A stretch of 62,900 nucleotides of DNA, the filler included, from Thraustochytrium aureum (Eukaryota), in the NCBI GenBank assembly GCA_012862495.1. It is 7 parts of 4 records of this genome, joined end to end, with 100 filler letters (N's around TTAATTAATTAA, not from the genome) between each part and the next. Parts side by side here need not be neighbours in the genome. Positions count along the whole stretch, not along the records: positions 26,113 to 39,015 come from BLSG01000311.1; positions 39,116 to 42,712 come from BLSG01000311.1; positions 42,813 to 55,770 come from BLSG01000311.1; 4 more parts are not named here. One strand, written 5' to 3'. The notes below the pieces were generated by a model. It was not told the origin of the DNA, ran no database searches, and was given only the letters and a program-made list of their open reading frames with translations. Shown here piece by piece: positions 33,152 through 44,809 of the stretch. The stretch's first letter is position 1, and every line of letters begins with the position of its first letter. The position numbers and the translations under genes were made by a program.

Positions 33152-34748
33152 ATTCCTCAACCCCACGTCGTTGGCTCTCGCAGTGCAGCCTGCAGCTTCG
33201 CTGCCGCCCGACCTCTTGCCTTCGACGTGGAAACCGCGCCTCGCGCGGGCCCAGCTCGGCGCCTCGACTTGCCGTGCGTTCGTACGTACCTCGCCCACTT
33301 GCTTTGGGGCCTCGTGGCCTGCGTTGGGGGTCTGCTTCCCACTCCATCGCATCCTGCACCACGTCCATGTCCTCTCGCGCCTTGGGATGTAGGCGAGTAA
33401 AAGCAGGTCAGAATGCAGAGCGGAGCCTCTGCTTGTAAGGCGCTCCACTTCTCCAAAGTTTTGCACAAAAACCAAATCCAAATAAAAAAACAACGCCAAA
33501 AAACCAAGCACAAAGCTCCGAGGAAACCAGCAGGAAAGGACTCGGAGGGCGAAGGCGCTGAGATCGCAGCGAAGGCAGGCCAGCCGGCGCTTCAAGACCC
33601 GCTCCTCCGCGGCTCCAGAGCCATAAACTGACCCGCCGAGCGCGCAAGTNNNNNNNNNNNNNNNNNNNNNNNNNNNNNNNNNNNNNNNNNNNNNNNNNNN
33701 NNNNNNNNNNNNNNNNNNNNNNNNNNNNNNNNNNNNNNNNNNNNNNNNNNNNNNNNNNNNNNNNNNNNNNNNNNNNNNNNNNNNNNNNNNNNNNNNNNNN
33801 NNNNNGCGCGCAAGTTGAGCTCTGAAGGAAGGCAGGCCCGATTGGGCAGCGTGGCTGGTTCGCTTGCTTGCTCGCTGTCTGACGGCCGCGCAGTCAGCCG
33901 CCCGCCCGCCCACACGTGGGGTGCACTGCCCCTCTCAGGGCGACAGACGCGTGTGAGGCGCGCGGCGTTGGTTTCTCGCGCGCTGCTCACCCGCCGCCCG
34001 CCCGCTCGCTCGCTCGCCCCCTCTGCGCGTGAGGGTACTTCCCCGTCGCGCTCGGTGCTCAATCGATCGTCTCACTCTCGCCACAAATGCGTACCGCCTG
34101 GCGAGCGATCCGCAGCAGCTGCATTCTGCAACCGCGCCAGAGGACGGCGGAAGCGGCGGAGAAGCGGGTGGAGGTACGGCGGGCGCCAGTGGGTCGCGGA
34201 ATTAATCCTGGTTTTTGCCAGGCGCTGCGGCGGGGCCAAATTCCTTCGCGTGGCACATCTTCCGGAATGACCCCATCGCGCCAGATGGCGCCATACCCGA
34301 GCCCCTCGGCGGCGGCTGGCCGCGGCAGCGATTGGCCCGTTGCCTGCCTTCCGAGGGCCCTCCGAGGTGGCGACGGCCGTCGACGAGGCTCGCGGCGTCC
34401 GCAGCAGCTCGGCCGCCCCGCAAATGAGCCGCGCAGCTCGCTCGAGCCGTGCACACGCCGAGATCCATTGAGACTTCTGGCTGGTGTTTTTGTTTGTGTG
34501 TTATGGTTGGTGAGTAGTGAGGATAGCGAGGAGTAGTGAGGTAGTGAGTACTCTACTCATCTTCCCAGATCCCTGATCTCTGGCCAGAGTCGTTTTGCTC
34601 TGCCCGGCCGGCCAGAAAATGTCTGATGGCTGACGACAGATGCATGATAGGACTCCTGGCGAGAACGTGTGGAGAGTTGGGCCCGAACCCGATCGATCGA
34701 TCGATCCATGATCGATCGATCAACGCACCCCCAAAAAATTGTCGGCCC

Positions 34749-36258
34749 TCAAAACTCGATCTGCGCCGCCTTCTCGTAGCCGAGTTTGTCCAGGTTGGCC
34801 TTGCACGCAAACTTGACCATGGGCGGCGGGCCGCACATCAGCACGACCGTGTCTTCCGAAGGCGGCGGCATGTGGGTCTTGATCATGTCTGCGTCGATAA
34901 AGCCGGTGGAGTAAGCCCACTCCGCCGGGGGGCGGTCCACTGTGTAGTGCAGCTTGAAACGGTCCGGGTGCTTGGCGGCCTCCGCCTCGAGCATGTCCCG
35001 CACGAGGATGTCCTCCTCGGTCTGGTTCGCGAAGAGGAGCGACATCTTGGTCTGGTCCTCCGGGTCGCGCAGCACCGCCTTGATGAGCTGGAGCATGGGC
35101 GTGATCCCAGTCCCGCCGGCGAGCATGCCCACAAACTTGACCTTGCGGTCCTTCTTGCGCACGGAGAGCACGCCCTTGCCCTTGTACTCGATGAGGCCGT
35201 AAGGGCCCGCGATGTCGATCGAGTCGCCCACGCGCAACGAGTCGAGGTACTGGCTCAGCTTGCCGCCGTCCGGGAACCGCTGAGCACGCCGCGGTTGTAG
35301 ACCTTGATGACCACGTCAAAGGCGCCCTCGCGCTCCACGTCCAGCGAGCTCGGCGTGTACTTGCGCTCCACCTCCGGCTTGCCCGCCTCGATGTCGGGCT
35401 GGCCGTTCCACTCGCCCTCCTTGACGGGGGCCGGTTGGGGCACCAGATCTTGATGTGCTTGCCAATCGGCAGCCCGAGCCGCATCTTCGGGTCGGGCAGC
35501 GCGAAGCGGAACAGGCGCGTATCGTGCGAGAGGTTGATCTTCTCGGCGAGCGTGACCTGCTGCCGCTCCTTGGTGAGAAACAGCGCGGGGGCCGGGGCCG
35601 GGGCGGCGGGCGCGGTGCCCGTCGCCTCGTCCACGAGGTAACCTACGCGCGGGTACTTGACCTCGAACTTGGCCACCCACTCCTCGAGCGTGTTGCGGTC
35701 GCTCCAGCTCAGGTCGTCGATCGAGGAGTTCTCCACGTCGGCCGGGTCGAGCGAAACCAACGCCAGCGCGCGCGAGGCGTCCTTGCCGGCCATGAGACCA
35801 TACGGCCCGTCCGGCCCGTAAAAGTCGGGGTCCACCTCGTACACGACGCCTTTAGCGCAGATATACACGGGCCGCCCGTCGCGCCCGTCGAAGGCGGCCA
35901 GCTGCGCCTTGGTAAAGTTGCGCGGCACGATCAGTGAGCCGACCTTGTTGTACTTTTTGCGGAGCTCGTCGAGGGCCGCGCCGCTCGGAGCGGGGTCGAG
36001 CCGTGTGCCGCCCTTGCCCACGAACGCGCCCTTGTCCTTGGTCACATCGAACACCTCTTCACCCACCGCCACATAGCACAGCCGCTTGTCTTTGCCGTCA
36101 AACACCGACAAGTCCTCCGTCGTGAAACGCCGGTCCGACCGCGGCGGCGGCGGCTCCGCCGTCCAGTCGTCCAGCTTATTCCACAAGTACCACACGGCGG
36201 CAGCGCCCAGCCCGAGCCCGAGCACGGTATCCACCCCCACGCCCCCAAAGGCGCTCAT
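34749..36258 (-). CDS. TM anchor + two cytochrome b5-like heme/steroid-binding (MAPR) domains + NADH-cytochrome b5 reductase; frameshifts ~35432 and ~35280
   Basis: MAPR-type: 'FTTEDLSVFDGKD...YVAVGEEVFDVT' and 'FTKAQLAAFDGRDGRPVYICAKGVVYEV...FYGPDGPYGLMAGKDASRAL...KYPRVGYL'. Reductase: 'SHDTRLFRF...LGLPIGKHI...RKYTP...GGKLSQYL...MLAGGTGITPMLQ...LMCGPPPM'. Confidence 0.88.
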
Positions 36259-36376
36259 CGCTTCTTCGTCGCCTTCTCCTGCGCCGCGTCAGACATACTC
36301 CAGCCCGCTTCGCCTGGACGGACGGATAGGACTGTCCGTGCCCCCGACGACGTCACCGCAACCCGCGCACACCGAA

Positions 36377-36407
<31 letters not shown>

Positions 36408-37653
36408 GCCGCCACCGCCGCAGCCGCTTCCTCCGCCACTGCGCCGCTCCACGCGCGCTGCTGCAGCTGCAGGTCCGCGTCAGGGGCCGCTCCAATCAGG
36501 GTCTGCTCGTCCTCCCTCTCCCCTGTCGCGCAGTTCTCGACGCGACGGAACGAATTGTTCACGAACACCTTGCGAGCACCTCCGAGCGCCCTGCGTCTAC
36601 CCTCCGTTGTCAAGGTGAAGGGCGGCGTGGCCGCCCTGATTCCGCCCTCGATGCGGGATGTAGCGCGGTCGGTTTGTCCGTCCTTGCGCAAACGTGCGCG
36701 GTGTGGAGAGGTGCTGCTCGCGCCAGGTTGCGACGGACGTGCTGCGCTGCGGTCGGCGCGCTGTTGGCGGCGTCGGCCGACTCGTTCGGCTTTCTCGCGT
36801 GTTGGTCTCTTGTTTCTGGCGGAGCTTTGTCTTTCTGCTCAATCAATCAATGAAGACAGTGTTGGGTAGTAGAGTGAGTACATGCACTGCACGCAAGACA
36901 ACTCAAGTCAAGGTCGAAAGATTGGACTTGGCGGTGCGAGGGCGCAGGTGCGGTCTCGAGCGCGGCGTGGAACATGCCGCGGGAGCAAACCTCGCGGCGC
37001 TAGAGNNNNNNNNNNNNNNNNNNNNNNNNNNNNNNNNNNNNNNNNNNNNNNNNNNNNNNNNNNNNNNNNNNNNNNNNNNNNNNNNNNNNNNNNNNNNNNN
37101 NNNNNNNNNNNNNNNNNNNNNNNNNNNNNNNNNNNNNNNNNNNNNNNNNNNNNNNNNNNNNNNNNNNNNNNNNNNNNNNNNNNNNNNNNNNNNNNNNNNC
37201 AAGGCCTGCTCGATGGATGTGCTTGCTGCCCAACATCTGCCCAGCGCATCCAAAGGGACCAAGAAGCGCATGCAACAACAAGGAAAGGGCGAACGAAACA
37301 GTCCGTGGCAAGCTGCAAGCAAAACAGCGAGGAAATAGGGGGGAATATCGCCTTGTCTTCACCTCGCATGCACCGGAAATCGTTTTTGGCACCCACACTG
37401 TCGGAGCTCCTTCCAAGCCGTTCGAGCCGTTGCTCAAGACGCTCGCTCTCTTGCGCAGGCCCTCTCGTTCGTGCGTCGCGGCGCCAGGACAGCACAACCA
37501 CAACAAATAGCGCGGCGGCGCGAACCACTCGCAGGAGCGCGCCTCCTCCCTCGAACGCGGTCGACGTCCGTCCGAGTATCACTTGAGCAAATCGACGCGC
37601 GTCGGCCGTGCGCTCTCGACCTCGACCCTGCCAGCAAGCCCAAGCCCCGCCGC

Positions 37654-38314
37654 CTAGTCGCGCCAAGCTGACGCGCCGCGCAGCTCCCGGTCGCCAGACA
37701 CCATCGAGTTCGGTGCGCCAATGCCGCCCTGCGGCAGGGCGCCGCGGGCCGGTGGGCGCATGCGTTTCTCGTGGCGCTTGTACTCGGTGCGCACAAAGGC
37801 GGGCAAGTCGAGAACCTGCTTGAGGTTGTCACGGGATCCTGCCGATGATCGCCTGGTTGTCCGCGTTTCGGTTCCACACTGCAATTATGTCCTCGTGCGT
37901 ACGAAGGGAGACCACCACGCCCGTGATCTCGTCGCCCGTCTCGAACTGCTCGCCGATGATGGCCAGCAGCAAGCTCTCCCAGTACCGCGACGCGAGGCCC
38001 TTCACGAGACGGATGATCAGCTTGCCGCCGTGCTGGTTCGCCTTGTCCTCCCAGATGGGCTTGACGCCGGCCCGGAACAGGTGCAGTTCTGCCGTGTTGG
38101 CGATCTCATTTGGTCTCTGCAAGTGGTTGTAGAGCTGCCAGAACCCCTCGACGGTCTCAAACTCGCCGATCGGTTTGATGCTCCTTTCGTAGTCCTCCGC
38201 CGCGATCGAGTTGCGCACGGTGCCAGTGGCCCGTTGCATAAACCAAAAGCAGTACCTCCGCTGCAGCGGATGATCCCCGGGCTGCGCCGAGATCACCACG
38301 GGCCGTTCCTCCAT
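37654..38314 (-). CDS. EIF4E2: eIF4E class II (4EHP/eIF4E2-like) cap-binding protein; frameshift ~37835
   Basis: 'HPLQRRYCFWF...DYERSI...FETVEGFWQLYNHL...HLFRAGVKPIWED.AN..GGK.IIRLVKGLASRYWESLLLAIIGEQF...EDIIAVWN', continuing 'RDNLKQVLDLP...EYKRH' in the next frame. Confidence 0.88.
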
Positions 38315-39015
38315 CGCGCCGCCTTTCCACCGAGCTCCGGACTCGGGCCTTGTCGAGGTGCCGGGTTGTGGCTCGCGACTGCGAGGGAGGTAGGCACGCC
38401 GGCCGGCAGGCAGGCAGGCAGGCAGGCAGGCTTTCTTCCGACGCGCGCGAACGCCCCGAGCAAGCGCAAGCCGCCAGTCCTCAATCGATCGATCGATCAA
38501 TCGCGCAGCCGATGAACGAACGCTTCCTGGCGGTCCTTGTCTTGCGCGCCGCGCCCCTTGCCCTTCCGTGTGTGTCTGCGCGCCCGCTGCTCACCGCTCG
38601 TAAGCCGCAAGCCAAACCTAACCCCATCCGGCGCCGCCCTAACCGATCATCGTGCTCGCTCGATCCGAATGATCGACCGCAGCACACCACGTCCATAGGC
38701 AGGCAGGCCAACATGGTACTTCAGAGTACGCAACGACCAGTCGACTTGGTCGTGCGACATGCGGCGGAGGCCGGCCAGCGCCGTCGCCTTTGCGCATGTA
38801 GTCAAGCGCGCTTTGCGCCTGCGACTCGAGCGCTTCGGCTTGCGTCGCGCGGGTCCGCTTTCGCGAACACCTCGCAGCCTCGAGAGGGAAGCACAGCCTT
38901 CTGCCGGCGGGCTTGGATGCAAGCGCTACCGGCGGGGCGAGCCGGCCCGTGGGCGCAGGCCACGGCGGAGCGAACGACGAAGACGGTGTTTTGCATTTAC
39001 TACTAAGCCGCGAAC

Positions 39016-39115
39016 NNNNNNNNNNNNNNNNNNNNNNNNNNNNNNNNNNNNNNNNNNNNTTAATTAATTAANNNNNNNNNNNNNNNNNNNNNNNNNNNNN
39101 NNNNNNNNNNNNNNN
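39016..39115. other. Artificial scaffold-joining spacer
   Basis: N44-TTAATTAATTAA-N44. Confidence 0.97.
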
Positions 39116-41159
39116 TCGCTCGATCGACAGGGGTCTGCTGCTGCTGCTGCTGCTGCTTGTTGTCTGCTCGGCCGCCGGCTGCCCCCCCTGCCGGCAATCA
39201 ACGGAACAACGGCGAAACACCGCCCACGCATGCGGGACCGATACAGTTAGGTGGCGAGAGGATTCGGCGGGGTTCGCGGAGGAGTGGCCAGGTGCCCCCC
39301 GGGCTGTGGCGGTGGAGTAACGCTTTTCGGGGTTTTGGTGGCCATGCATGGGCTGGCTGGCTGTGGGGAGGGCGCGATTGATCGGGTGCTCGTGGTGCTC
39401 GTGGTGCTCGTGGTGGTCGTGGTTGATGAGGATGCGAGCACATGCACGGGCGCAGGGACTCGAGATCATGGTGGTGAGGCCGTGGGCCGTTGGGGGAGCA
39501 CAAGGGTTTTACGACGGTCGACGGCGACCTTGGACGCAACGATCGATTCATTGGAGTTGTTTTGGGCCGCCGGCGTGGTTTGCTCGCGGCTCCGGGGTCC
39601 ATGCGGCGTGGTTGGAGCGGAGACATGCGGCGGCGGCGGCTGTCTGTTGCACGCAGAGATGTCCCGTTTGGGGCTGCCTGCCTGTCTGTCGTTTGGTGGA
39701 TGCGCTGGTGTCGATTCTTTGCCGATCTCGCGCTCAGGCTCTTGCTCTGCCCGAACGGACGGACCATCAGCAGTGAGCCGTGGCGCTCCCTCTCTAGAGC
39801 TAGCAAGGCGGCGACGATGGCGTGCAAGGCCCCGAGGGCATCCGCGCAACGTCCACCCCGCCCGATTTGTTGTCCACGAGGGCTGCTTGCGGTCGAGCGA
39901 GCAGCATCCCTGCAGACAGCGCAGTCGGCACCATGCCCGCCGTCCAATCGCTGAGCTTCTTGGCAGCGCTCGGCAGCGCTCTGCGCCCGAACCAGCGTCC
40001 CGTCGCGCGCTTCGACGAAAATGCGGACTGTTGTGCACGTTGGCGGCGCGACAGCATGCGATGGAAATTTGTTCGTAAGGCGCTGGCAGACTCGGCGGAC
40101 GAGCAGAAGGCGATCGAGCAGCGCGCAGGGCCGCAGCTCGACGAAGCCCTCTAGAGCTGGTCGACAGCTCTGAAAGGTAGCGCGCTGGCAAGCCGTGCTG
40201 CAGGCCGGGCGTCGGACGACCCGCTAGCGAAACGGGGAGCGCTTGGCCCGGACAACGCCGCGGCTGTTGTGGATGGGCGTCGCAGGGTTGTGCAGAGCGA
40301 GTGCANNNNNNNNNNNNNNNNNNNNNNNNNNNNNNNNNNNNNNNNNNNNNNNNNNNNNNNNNNNNNNNNNNNNNNNNNNNNNNNNNNNNNNNNNNNNNNN
40401 NNNNNNNNNNNNNNNNNNNNNNNNNNNNNNNNNNNNNNNNNNNNNNNNNNNNNNNNNNNNNNNNNNNNNNNNNNNNNNNNNNNNNNNNNNNNNNNNNNNN
40501 NNNNNNNNNNNNNNNNNNNNNNNNNNNNNNNNNNNNNNNNNNNNNNNNNNNNNNNNNNNNNNNNNNNNNNNNNNNNNNNNNNNNNNNNNNNNNNNNNNNN
40601 NNNNNNNNNNNNNNNNNNNNNNNNNNNNNNNNNNNNNNNNNNNNNNNNNNNNNNNNNNNNNNNNNNNNNNNNNNNNNNNNNNNNNNNNNNNNNNNNNNNN
40701 NNNNNNNNNNNNNNNNNNNNNNNNNNNNNNNNNNNNNNNNNNNNNNNNNNNNNNNNNNNNNNNNNNNNNNNNNNNNNNNNNNNNNNNNNNNNNNNNNNNN
40801 NNNNNNNNNNNNNNNNNNNNNNNNNNNNNNNNNNNNNNNNNNNNNNNNNNNNNNNNNNNNNNNNNNNNNNNNNNNNNNNNNNNNNNNNNNNNNNNNNNNN
40901 NNNNNNNNNNNNNNNNNNNNNNNNNNNNNNNNNNNNNNNNNNNNNNNNNNNNNNNNNNNNNNNNNNNNNNNNNNNNNNNNNNNNNNNNNNNNNNNNNNNN
41001 NNNNNNNNNNNNNNNNNNNNNNNNNNNNNNNNNNNNNNNNNNNNNNNNNNNNNNNNNNNNNNNNNNNNNNNNNNNNNNNNNNNNNNNNNNNNNNNNNNNN
41101 NNNNNNNNNNNNNNNNNNNNNNNNNNNNNNNNNNNNNNNNNNNNNNNNNNNNNNNNNNN

Positions 41160-42409
41160 GGCTCGGCCTGTACGCAACGGGCTACCCGCAGCTGGGCGGA
41201 AACGGAATCCACATTGCACACATGCTGTGGGGGGGGCTGCTCATGTTCACTTCGCAGATGATCACCTTTGCCTTCCTCGGACGCCACGTACAACGCGTGG
41301 CGGCCGTGATCGGCGGCATCGGGTTTGGCGCGTTCATCGACGAGCTCGGCAAGTTTATCACCTCGGACAACGACTACTTTTTCAAGCCGACGCCGTTTCT
41401 GCTCTACATAGGATTCCTGGTCCTGTTTGTTGTGCTCAAGTGCGTCGAGCCGCTGTTCCACCCGAGCCGGTTCACTGCGAACGAGAATCTCGCCAACGCG
41501 CTAAACCTGCTGAGCGTGTACTCTACGGCAGGGCTTTCCAAGGAGTCCAAGCTCCTTCTGGTCGAGCTGCTGGAGAACGCCGACCAGAGCCACCCTGTGG
41601 TGCAGCCTCTGAAGGCGTATGTGGCCCTGCCCGTCTCCGCGTCGGGGATCTCGACTTCGAGGGAGCACTACTACCTGCGGTTTCGCGGCTGGGCCGCGCA
41701 CGTGTACGCCAGCTTTGTGCGCCACAAGTACACGACGTTCTGCATCAACATGTTTTTCATCCTTCAGTGCGTCATGCAGATGTTTGACCTCACCTACCTG
41801 CTCTTGGACGGCACCTACTACCGCGAGGGCGTCGAGGAGCCCGGAGTGCCAATAGCGGTTCAGCCCTCCGAGGGGTTTTGGCCCCACCTCGTGGCCTCGC
41901 CCATCTTCAAGTTTATGCGCGGCGTGGCCTCCGGCAAGATCTCCGACACGCTCCTGCTCGAGGAGACCGACCACGTCACCAAACTGCACATTTTCCAGCT
42001 TGCTGCCGTGTTCGTGTCGGCCGTCTGCGTGCTCTGTGGCGTCTACTACCTCAGTTCGACCTGCGGTGGGTGCCGCACCTTGCAGCGCCCAAAGCGTCTC
42101 TGCGCGACGACCAGCGAAGCCACGCTTGCGCCTCGCTTTGCGCCGCTCAACGACTCGAGCTGGAACCGCCGCCGCCGCGCTTTCCTCTGGTTTCGCCGCT
42201 CCATGCTCGTGCGCCTCTTCATCACGGACTCGCTCGCCATGTACCACTCCCAGTTTCGCGCTTTCGGTGACGTCGTCTTCACCATTTCGATCGTCTTCGC
42301 GCTCAGTTTCATGATCACTCAGGAGGAGTCAACCGACCGCCTGCGCCGCCTCTCCGCGACAGGCTCGTTCGACATCATCGACCTCGAAGCAGACGACACG
42401 CTAATCTAG
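41160..42409 (+). CDS. Multi-pass membrane protein resembling a bacterial uncharacterised family; 5' end in gap
   Basis: Open frame with several hydrophobic helices and the motif 'GYPQLGGNGIHIAHMLWGGLLM...GGIGFGAFIDELGKFITSDNDYFFKP'. Confidence 0.75.
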
Positions 42410-42540
42410 CCGATCGCCGAGCATCGTCCGCAACACGACTGCCCTCGGCAGCCGGTGCACGCCACGCATCCAGCTCCATATGTAGACTGTCCGTCATCGC
42501 CAGAAGCGCAGGCAAACCAAACCAATCTATCATTCCTTGC

Positions 42541-42712
42541 CCGCCAGGTCTTGCAGGTCTTCGAGCACCATCTACTCGAGCTCGATGTCCTCAAGGACCA
42601 GTTCCTGCAGGTCCTCAAGGTCCTCGAGCACCACCAGCAGGTCCGCAAGGCACACAAGCTCGTCAAGGTCCTCAAGGTCCTCAAGCTCCTTGAGCACCAG
42701 CAGGTTCCGCAA
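42541..42712. repeat. Low-complexity degenerate repeat (caggtcctcaaggtcctcgagcaccaccag-like) at scaffold end
   Basis: Recurring aggtcctca/gagcacca units. The minus strand reads LEDLEDL-rich with an internal TAG. Confidence 0.55.
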
Positions 42713-42812
42713 NNNNNNNNNNNNNNNNNNNNNNNNNNNNNNNNNNNNNNNNNNNNTTAATTAATTAANNNNNNNNNNNNNNNNNNNNNNNNNNNNNNNN
42801 NNNNNNNNNNNN
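42713..42812. other. Artificial scaffold-joining spacer
   Basis: N44-TTAATTAATTAA-N44. Confidence 0.97.
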
Positions 42813-44809
42813 GCCCGGGACGTTGCCGTCCGATTCGCCAAACTCGCGACGCGGCGGCTCAGCGGGCTTGGGCGTCGACGAGAAGCCCGGCATTTGGTTG
42901 AGCTGCGCCAGGAGACCCTTGATCTTGCCTGTGCCGAGCTCGCCTGCGGACTTGCGTTTCTGAGCGGTCGGGGCGCCGCCGGCCGGATTGCGGTTGAACA
43001 CGTTGGCGATCGAGGTGATGCCACGCCGCGGCCGGATTGTGGCTGCCTTGGCGTGGACCGAGTTGCGCTTTGGCGCGTTAAACTCCTTGGCAGTGGACAA
43101 AACGCCGCGGCGACGCTGGAGGACCTTGGCCGAGATGCGGTCTTGAAAGTTGCCTTTCGGCTTGGGTGCAGCACGCGCTGGTGCTCGGGCGGGCCCACCC
43201 TCGCGAGTGTCAAGCAGGGCTGCGGCGCGAGCAAGGCGCCCGTCATCCGCAGGGTTTGCACGATCACGGCCGCGCTCGCGGCCTCGGCTATCGCTGCGGT
43301 CACGGCCGCGACTTTCGCGACGGCCGCGGCCCCGACCGCGGCTGTCGCTGCGGCTGCGGCGGCGGCGGCTTTGCTCATCTCTCGGCGGCGGCGTTCTTCC
43401 CGGTCGCGCTCTGCCTCGCGAGCGCGTTCAGCGCGCTGCAGTGACCTGCGAGCAGCGTCACGCTCCTCACGCTCGACGCGTCGGCGGTACTCGCGTTCTC
43501 GGCTGTCAATCGTGGACCCGCTGCTCATGGAGGGCGACGCGGAGCGCCGCCTGTTGGAGCGCCTCTGCGCGGCTGGGGGGGCTGGCTTCTTGTTATTGCT
43601 GCTGCCGCTGCCGCCGCCGCCGCCCAGGAGCTTTGGGATGAAGTTGAAGTTGTTGGGGAGCGGGACGTAGTTGTGTTGACGCAGGCCCTTGAGCGGATCG
43701 TTGGCCGCTGGGTTGCGCGGAATGCTCCTTCGATTGCTGTTCTCGTTGCCACCGCGCAGGCCGAGGGCCATCGACACGCGGTTCAGAAACCCGCCGCGCG
43801 GTTTTGGCGGTCCAGGGGTGGGTGGGGCTGGCGTCGGCGTTCGTCGTGGCGGAGTCGGTTTGCTCACAGTCTGGTTATCAAACGTGCGCGCCGTGCGGAA
43901 AGACCTGCCCGAGTTGCGTTTTGGCGGCGGGGCGCGCGATTTTGGAGGCGGCAGCGTGGGCGCTTGGCGCGCCATCGGCCGGGCAAGTGGCGCCCTTGAA
44001 GCCACCCTAGACGGCGGGCCGCCTCCACCGCCGCCGCCGCCGCCACTGGCGTCCAGTAGGTCAGGGTCGACACCTTCCGCGCTCATCTTCTGTTTGACCG
44101 CACCGATTGGGATACCCGCTCGTAGCATCTTTTGGTACGGCCCAAGGTCGACCCCGCCACCGCCGCCGCCGCCGCCGCCCCTGCCGCCACCGCCAGCACC
44201 TTGCTGTGTGCGCATTGTACGGTCGTCTCTGTCGTACTCGGTAAAGCCGCCGCGCGTGTTGTACGTCCCGTCGTCATAGTAGCTCCCGCCGTCGCCAGTC
44301 TCGCCGCGGTACCCTCCGTACTCAGACTCGCCGTACTCGGTGTAGTAGTCATCGTACTGGGAAAAGTTGTCCTCGAAGCTCCTGAACGAGGGTGCGCCGC
44401 CGAACCCACCTCCGCGGCTTCCGCCAGCTTGGCTTCCGCCGGCCCGACTCCCTGCGCCAAACAAGTTTCGGACGGAGTTCCTTGCGCGCTGGATGAATGA
44501 CGGCGCGCTCGGCGGCGGCTGCACTGGTGCAGGCATACCGTTCAGAAGCGTTACCACTACGTTGTCGTCCTTGCCTTGGAAGAGGTTATGGCCATCGTAG
44601 TGGATCAGGTTGCGCTTTTTGGCACGCAGCATGATGCCCACGAGCGTGTCTGAGATGTCTTGGTAGGCATAGAAGAGCTCGCCGAACTTCACCGCTACCT
44701 GGCCATTTCCAGTGCGCTCGCCGATCCTCTCGATCACACCGACGAGCTTGGACACCTCGCGCTCGACCCACTCTTGTGCTGCCCGCGCGCGCTCATCGGA
44801 CTTTGACAT
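42813..44809 (-). CDS. Costars-domain protein with a CCDC53/WASHC3-type helical motif and Pro/Gly/Arg-rich regions; 3'-truncated, frameshift ~43370
   Basis: Costars 'VEREVSKLVGVIERIG...VKFGELF...ISDTLVGIMLRAKKRNLIHYDG..LFQGKDDNVVVTL' and the motif 'PYQKMLRAGIPIGAVKQKMSAEGVDPDLL'. Confidence 0.8.

Noticed and set aside
37654..38314. eIF4E2 (and other frameshifted genes) as pseudogenes or programmed frameshift sites
   Set aside because: Conserved motifs are intact on both sides of the shifts, there are no in-frame nonsense mutations or consistent slippery sites, and the same defect affects many unrelated genes. This points to sequencing error.
39251..40305. Possible coding region upstream of the membrane protein
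   Set aside because: Short protein-like stretches occur in several frames with stops and no recognisable domain. It could be a frameshifted N-terminal extension, but this cannot be supported.
43260..43375. Poly-Ala hydrophobic segment (possible TM helix) in the Costars protein
   Set aside because: It is an out-of-frame reading of an Arg/Ser/Asp-rich repeat (SRGRDRSDSRGRERGRDR) after a frameshift.
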